A stretch of DNA of 64,000 nucleotides from Antedon mediterranea (lineage: Eukaryota > Animalia > Echinodermata). The DNA lies in contig NC_092676.1 in NCBI RefSeq assembly GCF_964355755.1, positions 16,696,871 to 16,760,870 on the forward strand. Reading direction: 5' to 3'. The position numbers and the translations under genes are program-made. Below the pieces are notes generated by a model. The model saw nothing but the letters and a program-made list of their open reading frames with translations. It made no database searches and was not told where the DNA came from. Shown piece by piece: positions 50,824-62,277 of this stretch (position 1 is its first letter; each line of letters begins with the position of its first letter).

Positions 50824-51083
50824 AGCACGTCAACATTACCATTACGTCATAAAATGAGCTAAAAATAGCAGATTATTATTCAAGACGTCACTCTAGAACA
50901 TAATTTATACTCTACTAAAAATTACGAAAAATATGATTTTAGTTGTTCAGAAATTCAGTTGTGAATATTAAAAATATTACATGACCCTGTTTGGATTGAA
51001 CCGATAATACTTATTAAATTAATTACATTTTTTTTTTACGTTTCGTCATTATTTACTCGAAAAAAAAGATGATGCAATCAGTT
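50824..51083 (+). promoter_or_regulatory. PPP1R15 promoter region with CRE/ATF and C/EBP-ATF (CARE/AARE) motifs
   Basis: CACGTCA (50826), ATTACGTCAT (50841-50850), GACGTCAC (50884), TGATGCAAT (51070-51078) and an adjacent TCAGTT initiator-like motif. Confidence 0.6.
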
Positions 51084-51204
51084 TCGAAACACCATCGAAC
51101 GTTTGGATAAAGAGCCTAGGCTAGCCTTCCAAAAAACCCATCTTCTCATATTCACCCGACAGCATACACAACAAGTAATAATTCAAGGGAAGTGCGTTAG
51201 GAAA

Positions 51205-51544
51205 ATGGATAATATAATGTTTTCAGAGAAAATTATCAGTTGTAAAGAATGTATATGGGAATGTGAAAAGTACTGCAATTTGACAAATGTTTGTAATATG
51301 CGTATAGTGAACAATTGTTTGTGTTTTTTACCTGCCGATTCACCGCCGGCGGCGGCTAAGTATTGTGACTGTCATTATAATTATCAATTCATCCACTTTG
51401 GTGGTAGTAAGCATTGGAAAGCCAAAATGTGGTAAAGGAATAATATTATTAACGACTATTATTTGATCGCTATGCTTCGCCATAGTATAGACATAGACTG
51501 ATATTGCATTGTAATCTACAATGGGCTTTTATTTTAACCTTTGA
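51205..51544 (+). promoter_or_regulatory. uORF-containing 5' leader of PPP1R15
   Basis: uORFs 51205-51435 (76 aa), 51472-51501 (9 aa) and 51521-51544 (7 aa, ACAATGG context, ends 6 nt before the main ATG). The TSS is not known. Confidence 0.55.
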
Positions 51545-51550
51545 GCAAAA

Positions 51551-53431
51551 ATGGATCGAAACTTGATTCAAAATGAACACGAGCCTTCCGTATGGCAAAC
51601 TTTTTTTAGGCCAACACATTGTGCTAGGCCTAGCGTGACGTTAGTAGCGACCCACCTGGCGGGAAAACCGGAGGTTCCCGACCAACATGTCCACTTACAG
51701 AACCGGCGGATAAAAAGTGGAACTTCGAGGCTTAGAGTAAATTTTTTACGGCTTAATAGCCAGGGAGAGGACAGCAGAAGCCCACCTATCTTTCCTAGTT
51801 TTGAATATTCATTCAATCACTCTGAAGAAAATAAGGAAATGTCAATAATAAAGACAAGAACAGAAATAAATAGGCCTCTCACTCTCACTGCTGCTGTTAA
51901 TTCTACAGCTCTAGGCAGAGACTGCTGGGAAAAATTTAGTCCACCAACTATTAAACAAAATAAAAGTATATTACCAGCAAATATGTATGACTTGATCACT
52001 GAAATGGAAGAAGGTGGACAGCCAGAAAATGTATTTCAAATAAAAAAAAGTTTGGAATTAAATAAAGTGTTTAAACCAGAAGACTGGGTTGTGCCAAATG
52101 AAAATCAAATGCTGCACGTTCAAACTCAAAATAAAAGTATTTTTTCCAATGTTTTACCATTAACTAGAGGTCTGCCATATTTAAGGCCAACAGTTCCATT
52201 TGGCTTGAGTGCCTCAGCTATGTTATTTAGAAGATATAAAAAACAAGAGCCATCTATTGATTCAACGATGAAATCAAAGATAAATTCTCAAGAGAATAAT
52301 GAAAAAGATACTCAAGTTCTCAATAAATCATCAATTTCATTAGCTAAGTCTGAACTTGCGAATTTGATAGTAAAAACTTTAACAATGAATTTACCTCAAG
52401 ATGTAGAGAGTATTTCCAAACATAGAACTGTAGACAATGACAGTAAAAATATTGAAATAGAACAGCGAAAGGAACACATAAAGGAAAATAAAGAACTTCA
52501 GTCTGCAATTGATATGGAAAATGACAATCATAAAAAGGATTTTGAAGCATTTTCAAGGATTGTGCAAGTTCATGATTGTGAAGCAGAAACGAGCTCCTGT
52601 TATTATAGTTCAGAGGTCAGTGATCAAGAGGCTGGTCACCAAGTTGACAGCGAGAAAGATTCTGATGAAGAATATAGTGATGAAGAAGAGGATGGAGGTA
52701 GATATAGCGATACTTCAGGGTCGTTATCAGATTTTGAAAGCGATACTGAGTCATATGACGCATCAAGTGAATATGAAACAGATTCTGAGGTTGAGAGTGA
52801 TAATGAATCATGGGCTAGTGATCTCAAAGATCCTATCCCAGTTTGTAAAAATGACATTGTCTCTTTTATCTTAGGCCAAGGTAGTGATGCTACTGGTGGC
52901 AAGGACAGTGGCTTTGATGAAGGTGATGAGACTTCCATTGATGAAATGTCCAAAAAACAAGATCATTTCAATGACGACCATCTATGGCAGTCTCTTCTAA
53001 AGTCTGGTGATCCATACAACCCAATCAATGGATGGAAATGCTACCCTAGCAGTCAATTCCATAGCAAAGACAATTCAAATCGAAAAGCAACCATCGACAA
53101 TTCTGATAAACAGTTACAAATGCTAGAAACTGAACTTCAAAATAGCTTGATCGATGTTACACGTGAGAATGACTTTCAGCCAAATATCAATTTTGCTACC
53201 TCTTGTGAACCAAATAATGATATAGCACCTAAATCGGTTGCAACATCATGTGCTGTTTTTAAATGCCTTATTAATACTTGTGCTTCAGCTTCTAATGAAC
53301 CCAAGTTAAACAGTGAAGTTAACAAATATAAAAGTGACTATACAAATGCTGCAATTGTTGGAGGCATAATGAACTTTTCGAAAAGCTGTTTTAAGAATTG
53401 CAGAAAACAAAATGTCAAAAACACAAAGAGA
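51551..53431 (+). CDS. PPP1R15: Protein phosphatase 1 regulatory subunit 15 (GADD34/CReP family), large coding exon 1
   Basis: 627 codons from AAAATGG; acidic/Ser-rich region, CKNDIVSFILG, DSGFDE, LWQSLLKSGDPYNP; AGA|GTAAGT phase-0 donor after KNTKR. Confidence 0.85.
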
Positions 53432-53918
53432 GTAAGTACTGTACAGCCTATAGTTTTATTATTAATTATAACTACTAACAAATAACTTAATAACAAATAA
53501 CTTAATAACATTTTTGATCAGTCGGTAAAATTGTTCTATTATTTCTATTTTCATTTCATCATCATGAGTGATTTTGATACAGAACTTTTAACAACACAAC
53601 ACATTCAGCATCATTATCACTCTTTTCATTCATCATCATCATTCATCACCGTCATCATCATCACTGTCATCAATATCATCATCTTTTTGTATCAGAAAAC
53701 CTTTTTTCTTTATAGCCACACACATGGGTCTAATTTAAAATAAACAGATCACTAATTAACTCGGACAGCATCGTATGACAAGGACTGACGAAACGTCTTG
53801 ACTCGTCGGTGCTGTCTGAGTTAAATCCTGATGAGACAAGTCATCTTGAGATACTGTAGCGTCGGGCATAGTTTTTAGGTTTGTCGGGAGAACTTTAAAA
53901 TTTAAATAATAAATTTAA

Positions 53919-54988
53919 AATGGACCTGAAATGGATTTTCGATTTTTTTCATTTTAGAATGATGTTTTTGGGGCTATTAGATGTTGCTAGAATGTATGTT
54001 GTTACAAAATATAAATTGGCCCTTTTGGGGAAAGCCCCATTTGAAAATCAAAAAAATTCGCGGGTGACGTCACTTTGCGAATATATTCCTATCCCTCCAA
54101 TGAACAATTTGCAGTTTTTTGGCTATAACTCTTGAAATCTATGGAGTATTTTCTAAAAAATGCTTGTGCATTTGCAGAAACGTATTTAGAATTTTTTTAG
54201 ATAAAAATATTACCGTATAAACGGTTATTCATCGAGTAAATGACGATTTAAAATCTTCAAATCAACTGTTTTTTTCTGGCAATACCGAAGTTAGCCTGGC
54301 AACGTTGTCCGGGATACAGCGCCGTGGGCAATGATGCGTATCCATATTTTCCGTTCGTGTATTTTGTATATCGTTCGTAATTTATACTGCTAAAATTTCT
54401 TTAGTTTTTAGTTTAGCAGAATTAAATTAGTAATATGAGATGATAATTTATTTGTCACGAATCAGGCAGTTCGAAAACGAATTTTATTCATATTTTACTT
54501 TAACTTGACAATGAGCGCAGCAAGTTGTTTATATCGCTTTGGTCCTTGGGGATGCACCTGAAACGGAGCCTCGCCGCATGATGTGGGTGGTGGGTGGTGG
54601 ATCGACTTAGCGCGCTGGATTGGGGGCCTAGGCCTACTAAAGGTTTGGGAGGTAGGCCTTCCAAATTTGGGATTTAGAACAAACAAAGTAAATTTTAGGG
54701 ACCTATATTTCAACAACATTAGATATTGAATAAATTAGTATTAGTGTCAACGCGTATCTTTCCAGGCCGTCGATCATTCACTGACTATATGGCGGCATAC
54801 ACGCTCTCGATATCGTCGTGTGTGTATATGTGACGTCGTGAATTTTCGCTAATTTATTAAGGTATCTTAAAATTTCGTTTTTTCTCAAAATACTATACAT
54901 TTTGTTTTTATTTGTATGTTAATTTGATACATTTAAATAACATGTGTGAATTTCTTGAAAATCGAAAGTCCATTTCATCAGGTCCATT
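53919..54988. mobile_element. TTAA-targeting non-autonomous element, Kolobok-like, in the PPP1R15 intron
   Basis: TIR AATGGACCTGA(TGA)AATGGA(T/C)TTTCGATTTT; TTAA at 53915-53918 and 54989-54992. Confidence 0.75.
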
Positions 54989-57916
54989 TTAACAAAACAT
55001 AATTTTCTAACTACAGTACAAACTATATTTATGGTAAAAACGTTCAACATACTGCTACTGTACAAAACTAAGAACATTAAACTAAAATTAATAACAATAA
55101 TACTCATTGATAATTACAAAAAATATAAATATCTTTTTTATAGAGAAGGGTAGGGGGAGCATGTACTGTACAGTACATTCAGAATCTCATCAGCTGTAAT
55201 TTTCATAGCTACTGTACAGCCCTGGGTGGCAATAGTGAAATCAGTTAAAATCCTGTTTAAAATCACTATTTTATTACCTGTACACTATACACTCTGGTTT
55301 TATAGTATTACAGTATTAAGTCATGGTAGTAACAAAAACCTTACACATGTTTTATCATTGGACATTGCTCAATGACTATACTGCATTGCACCAGCCATAC
55401 TACAGTGGTGATGACACACTCTGCATGTTGGCCAGTGTTTAGTCACCATTCAACAATGTCTGTTTACCATAGGGATATTAGTGAACACAGTCTGTATTGA
55501 TGACTGTTTTTTCTATTCAATAATGATTACCTTAGTTTGAAGAAAAAGTTCAGGTTACAGTGTGATATTACTGTACCTCATCCACCCTTGTTCTGTATGC
55601 CATAATCTTACTTATATTATAGATTTTCATAAATTCTCTCTTTTTCATTGAATCGGTAAATTCCATGTACTGTATTGAATTTTATCTAATCCACCTCTTG
55701 TAGTGTACAAAGATTGTGACTATTGTATCAGGTAAACCCTACCTATAAAAGATTTGTTGATACTGATCCATTCTCTAAACTGTACAGTAAACATACAGTA
55801 CAAATAATGCATTTCTACAGTATGGTGAGTTTAATGATGATATTATTTTATGAGGTGAATGAATGACTATATTTATTTAATTCTTTTTTCTATCAATACA
55901 AAATATTTATTTATTTTAATATAAGTTATAACCCACAACAGTTCGCTTTTTACATCTTGATTAATTGTGTCGAAGTCGACTGTAGGCAGTTTAATTTTTT
56001 AGTACTGTAGATCACATCACATTAATTTTAACTTGTTTTATTTAAATATAAAATGAAGACTTGGCTACTGTACCTACAGTACAGTATTGTCAGAGCTAGG
56101 CGCTGCTTACAGTATATATACAGTAGTTGGCTATGCAGAAAATTAGCCAGTGCAGAGTCGACAGTAAGCAGTTGTATCCCCCAGTTTCTAGCAATCTGTG
56201 GTGATCAGATACTGTACTGTACAGTAGTAGACATTGAAAATAAAAATGGTTTATTTACCATTTAGCTCCTTCCACCTTCCCCCCCCCCCCCACACTTTTG
56301 TTTCCAGAAATACAACCACAATCATTTTAGCCTTGGTAATAATCATACAATACTCATATTCAAAACAACTGTGTTCCGGGTAGTGTTTTCAGTATACTGT
56401 TCTATTCTATTCACTCTTGAACAATGGTTTATATCAATTTATTGATCAATGATATTAGGGAAAAATCCCTACATGGATTTATGTTTCTAATATAGACAGA
56501 TTTACAGTGGGAGAGCATTGTCATGTACTGTTAGTTTCAGTTTCACTAGGGATTATTTGTTATGACATAATTTTGTTTACCTACTATAGCAGCTTACTGT
56601 ACTGTACACCCACACGGTTGTTACTGGTAGTGTACAGTAGTACTGTACTGTACTTACTTTATACAGGGTATAGTAAGTATTAGTAAAAATATCAAAGACA
56701 AGAACTAGATTTGAACTTTGATGAGTTAGATCCGCACAACAAACACAATGTGCACATGTTCAGTACTTTACGTAAAAATGACAGCTTGCATGAATTATAA
56801 GTTTAAATTTATCATTCGGAGGAACTGTAAAAAGATAAAAATATACTGTATTATACTGTACAGGTAAAATTTAGTGACCCAAATTATTAATTATTATGAC
56901 ATCATTCAAATAAAAATATTTTTAACTCATGTGAATGAAAGATACAATAATTGAATAAAGAAAATATTAAAATCTTGAGAAAATGGAGTACGGATAAGCG
57001 AGATATGTCCTATTAAAAGTGACGGAGCAATATCGAAATGTACAAAAATCCTATATTTTATATCTATATGTGGAAGGCCATTATGACGTCACAACATCCG
57101 AGGGTTAACAATTTTACATGAATTAATTGTACTATACAACTTTTAAACAGGTATTCCACTCTTGGGGGTTCATCGTACAGTCTAGTAGTATCTATCATAT
57201 TTAAAATAGGAATGAGATTGTGTGTGTATGAGCGTAACCCTTCTGTGAAACATGCCATTTTTACTCCACAGAAAGTTGGCCCACGATTATTCAGTGTCAA
57301 TAAAAACTTTCTGGTTTTATCTACTGTTTGAGCAACCATTGAAATTAATAAAATCGTGTGCAAATGAAGTTCCTCTGACGGATTGATTGTATTTGTTTAA
57401 TGTTTTAAATTTGCGCAAAAAAGTTTGTAATGAATACAAAAAAAAAAGAAAAGCCTTTTCAGATCACAGGTATACAGGGTTTACCTGTGGAAGGCACCTT
57501 TTTATGACACTGACTTTCATTGGACAAAATCTCAATGAACAAGATTACAGTAGGGTACAAACCTACAGTACTGGACAATACAAAAATACAATTTTGACTG
57601 CAATCAATCAAATTTACTTTTGTATTATCAATGTTCATCCCAATTTCGACACTTCATTTTGTATTAAGGAAAGGGTTTGTTTAATTGTCATTGAGTCTAA
57701 ATACTTTGCTTTATGTTGACCCTAGAAAGGTCAAAAGGTCATCACAGATTTTGAAAAAGTGCAAACATTTTAGGCAGGCATGCAGTAAAAAACTGTACTT
57801 GCCCTAATGTACTACAGTATAATCATAACATTATCATACAAATAATAATTAACCATTTTTTTGAACATGAACATTAAAAATATTTATTTTAAAATTGTAT
57901 TTTATTTTGTTGTCAG

Positions 57917-58126
57917 GTGTCTTTTAGCTGTAACGATGTAAGCTCTTTTGAGAACCCTGAGTGGTGCGATGATTATCGGGAAACACGTAAACCTTACTGG
58001 GAGTCATTTGCTCGTGATCGATGTCGTTTCCGAAAAAGGATTCAAGAAATTAGTGATTCCATCAGCTATTGCTTTGACCCAGACCACCGAAAAAAGATGA
58101 TGGATAAACTGAAAGTTAACGTTTGA
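57917..58126 (+). CDS. PPP1R15: PPP1R15 last exon: PP1-binding and eIF2-alpha-binding domain; spliced protein 696 aa
   Basis: TTTTGTTGTCAG acceptor; splicing creates KR|VSF (RVxF); RKPYWESFARDRCRFRKRI matches the GADD34/CReP/ICP34.5 signature RxxxWxxxAxDRxRFxxRI. Confidence 0.92.
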   Translation: MSFSCNDVSSFENPEWCDDYRETRKPYWESFARDRCRFRKRIQEISDSISYCFDPDHRKKMMDKLKVNV

Positions 58127-58246
58127 TTTGTAAACTGAATTCAGTGTTCTCTCGAAGCTTGTTTTTGCGAAGGAAATTTATCGAAAATTGGATCCCGGTA
58201 TAAAGATTGTGTAAACAAATATTGACATAAAATAAACACTTGCCTA

Positions 58247-58400
58247 ATACAGTATACATATTCTTTGCTTTGAAAGTTTATGGTAAAACTATTGGTTGAG
58301 GCGCCTGAAATAGTAGGACCTGGTTAGCCCTACTATTTCAGGCCCATACTGTACTTTATAACCATGAGCTTGAAATATGCAAAGAATATACTAACTGTAT
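58247..58400. repeat. Imperfect ~150-bp inverted repeat (MITE-like) in the PPP1R15 3' region
   Basis: Core GCCTGAAATAGTAGG / CCTACTATTTCAGGC with outer arms ATATTCTTTGC / GCAAAGAATAT and ATACAGT / ACTGTAT. Confidence 0.75.
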
Positions 58401-58569
58401 GGCTCAAACATTAACACACATCTACAGTACAGTACAGTACCTACTGTTCTTTTAGTAAAAGTAACATTTTATTAATTTTGTTTCCATCTATTTTCCAATA
58501 AATATTTTCAAAGGAGGCTAGACAATGTTTTTGTACAGGAGTTGTAGGTGGTGCGCTTTTAGAATTCTG

Positions 58570-58745
58570 TACAAATAATGAATGATTATGAGTTAAATAG
58601 TACAAGTAATTTCATGAGATGAAAATTCTATTTTCCAGAGGCGATAGCCCAGTGTAAATTGAATTTTATGTTTCACCGAATGAAATTATGTGTACCATTC
58701 CATGTTGAATACGTATGAAAATATAAACGCATTCATTATTTGTTT
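58570..58745. repeat. Palindromic repeat, possibly Crypton-like MITE
   Basis: ACAAATAATGAATG / CATTCATTATTTGT arms with centre GAGGCGATAGCCCAG; related piece at ~42262-42385. Confidence 0.45.
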
Positions 58746-61127
58746 TATATACTATTTTAGGCCTAGGTAGATTCATTATCATTTCATTCAGATTGAATGA
58801 AAGGTACTGTACATTTTATTCCGATTAAAAGTTAGGACATTGATGGGAAATGTCTGAGCTAATACTGTACTGTAATATTTAATATTATAATCTTTAAGAA
58901 ATATAGTTTTTATATTTTGATTTTTTTTTTTACTATTCTACAGTTAGTATATGAAGTATCGCTTATATTATGTAATATAACAATAGCTCTATAAATTCTA
59001 CTATATATCCTAAAAATTAAAAAGCACAGATTTTAAATTTAAAAATATTGAGCTCAACTTGATTGACCATGTAACTGTTTGAAATTCAGTAACATTTAAG
59101 AAATAAAGAGATTTATAAAGGTACCAAAGGTTAAAATGTTATTTTAAATTGTAAATAGTTTTTAAAAAGAATTCTTTAGTTTACCCAGAAGTTGGCTAAT
59201 TAACTGGTAAAACCTAATCAAGAAGTTACAGTAGAAAAAGAATTACTGTATTTATGATATGCATGATATATGAAACACACTTCTTTCATGATACAATGTA
59301 GATTGCACTATATAATCATACACTAGACTCACTTTGTTAGAACTAATGTAATATGGTAATTGTATTCACTTGCACATGGGAGTATATGCCTAACATGTCT
59401 AACCAAAGCCATGTAGTTACTATATATATTTAGGAAGGAACTAAACTGTTTAATCCTTGCCAACTGTTAAACAAACTAATAATAATTTATATATACAATG
59501 GTTTTGTTTGTTCTTTCCAGTACTAAACATATACAGTATTGTATATAAACGGTTTTATATAAAAATATTAAATTAAATATTATTTTGTTGGTAAATTTTA
59601 ACTGTTGCAGGTAAAACCATCTGTATTTTTTCGTGCAATTTAATAAATATACTTATAATCGAATTATTACTTGTATTTTGTGTAATAGCATCTCCAATAT
59701 TCCCCATCCCCATTTCCTCACAGAAAAGTACAGTAATTAATCCTCGATGGCACTGGACTTAAAATTACTGTAAAACTATACTGCGTGAAAATATGAAAGT
59801 GCGAACGACGATGGTAAAATCTTCTGGTGACATTTGGTAAAGCTACTGGTTAAATTTACCAGTCCAGTGCGAACAGGGTTTTATTGTTTTCAATTTAATT
59901 CGGCCTTGTGGGAAGAAAATTAAATGACGAAAACGAACGGTGTATGAAATAATTTACAGAGAACTAATGTAGGCCTATTAATCTATATGCACATGCTTAG
60001 TAATGTCCAAGTCTATTACCTGATATATATATAAACAAATCAGGCAAAGAACATTAATTCTAAACCGCCTGGTAATATACTGAAATTTAATTTAGGCGGG
60101 ATCTCCAAAGAGATACTTTTATATGTTCATTGCCTAATGCGTTTATATACATAAAAGTATATCTTCGGAGATCCCGCCTCGTGAATAAATACTGAAAGAT
60201 GAGGGCGTATCAATTTGATCTCTGGTGCGCGTGCGTACAACTGAGGACTAGTGCTGTTCCGCCGTACCACGCCGAGAATGTTAAAGAGTCGCTTTTTATT
60301 TTTGTATCTCCATTGAGATCCAGCCACTGATACCCACAGCATTGTCATTTTTTTAAGTAATTTGCCTTTGGATTTATATATATATATATATAAACACATC
60401 AGGCAATGAACATTAATTCTAAACCGCCCGGTGATATACTGAAATTTTAATTAATTAATTTGAAACGATAAAGATGAGGAAATCTGTGAGAATGAGAAAA
60501 AGTCGCCCCAACCGAGACTCGAATATATTCCGTGCCTTACTTATCTGGATAAACCGACAATAGCGCTGGTACAAGATACTCGAATAGTAGAAAATTCATT
60601 GAACACCCCTCTCCATAAATGATAAGTCTTGGAACCGAGTCACTTTTAAGCGTGGCGGTGTGCCGCTAGTATTATTAATTAGTAAATATTTCTTAGCAAA
60701 GAAGTAGTTTAGAAGTCAAACAATGCATGTTTTCGAGATACTCGAACGTCGTTAAAGATTTTCGCTACCTACGGTGTTCAGATCACCACATGAGCACATG
60801 AAGCCTTAATTCCAGGAGCAGAGGAAAGTAGATACTACTATATTTTTAGTTACCTAGATAAACCGCCCCCGTCTTCTCACACAAGAGGTCTTGAGAAATT
60901 ATATTGGTGGTTTGTGGAAATGGTCCCACAAACCACAGGGCGTTGTTTGTGAACTGATCATTATTTTACTGACTAGGGTTTCTTGTTTGTGTGACTTATG
61001 CCCGAATCTCATGCATTTTTTTAAATTTCTGTCCAGTAGGCCTAAAAGCACCTTAAACTCACCGACAATAAACATGCGGAAATAAATTACGAGTATCAAA
61101 CAATGAAAGAATATACCTTTATTGGCA

Positions 61128-61347
61128 AGTACAATCAAGTTTTTATTAATTGAGTACAATCAAGTTTTTATTAATTGAGTACAATCAAGTTTTTATTAAT
61201 TGAGTACAATCAAGTTTTTATTAATTGAGTACAATCAAGTTTTTATTAATTGAGTACAATCAAGTTTTTATTAATTGAGTACAATCAAGTTTTTATTAAT
61301 TGAGTACAATCAAGTTTTTATTAATTGAGTACAATCAAGTTTTTATT
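61128..61347. repeat. Perfect 25-bp minisatellite, 8.8 copies
   Basis: (AGTACAATCAAGTTTTTATTAATTG)n with no variation and no spacers. Confidence 0.95.
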
Positions 61348-62277
61348 GTATTACTAACAAACATAAGTGTACCCTTTCCGTCACGTTTCATTCAATAAAA
61401 GTTGTCTTACAAGGTTAACAAACAAACATTATTTCCTGTTTTTGTTCTCAAACACTTTGACAAACTACAGTAATTGACTACAACCAGGTAGAGCGCCATC
61501 TATGAAAAAAGGATTTGCATAAAATGATCAAAACAAAACAACATGCATTGCGTCAATTTAAATCTATTCAATTCTTATTCTATTTTTCATTAAAATGAGT
61601 TAAAAATCATAAAAACATACTGATTAGTAACATTACAACAACAAATCCTCGGTTCATAGACAAAAATAATCAACCGAAAACGATTGATTATTAATATCTT
61701 AACTCTTAAATTAGTTGAACTGAACAACAATTCAAAACTTTAATTTGCTGCAGTTTAAGCAATGAGTGAGTGGCCATAATTTTTAATGTAATCTAAATAT
61801 CATTAGACCTAGGCCTATATTTTTATTAAAAACAAATATATTGGATTATTAGTTTAAAAAAACTGGCACGTCACTAAGTTTCTACGTGCGTAGAGTTAAA
61901 TCCTCCCCCTGTCCCACCTTCCTCAAAATAATACCAAAGCTACTCGATCAAAGCCCACATGAGGCCAAATAGTTATAGCAGAGAAACCGTATACTGTGGA
62001 CAAATTTTGTATAATCTCTAAATAATTAATGACTTTTATGCATTTTTTGCCCTCAGATTTTTGTAAAGCTGTTAAGTCCTATATTGTTGCCTGATAGAAA
62101 TGCTCATTGCGTATCATCCTGATAAATTGATACGATAACTACTTCTTTTCTTGGCTAACACCTCTTCTGAAACCGGTTAGTTCCTGTTCCACCTCCTGCT
62201 ATTTCGACGTCTATAATAATAAGCGTATGTCCAGTCGTAATGATTGTTTCCCTTTACGGCAAGATACCAGTATTTAC

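Noticed and set aside
51568-52953. Antisense and alternate-frame ORFs within the PPP1R15 exon
   Set aside because: Shadows of the real low-complexity coding exon.
53432-53485. C-terminal VSTVQPIVLLLIITTNK of the 644-aa ORF as a membrane tail
   Set aside because: Intronic read-through past a consensus GTAAGT donor; the spliced form restores the conserved RVxF and eIF2-alpha-binding domain.
53755-53850. Hairpin with CTGACGA and CTGATGA as a hammerhead or C/D snoRNA
   Set aside because: Box order and stems do not fit either class; more likely a small palindromic MITE remnant.
61128-61347. CRISPR array
   Set aside because: Perfect head-to-tail repeats with no spacers.
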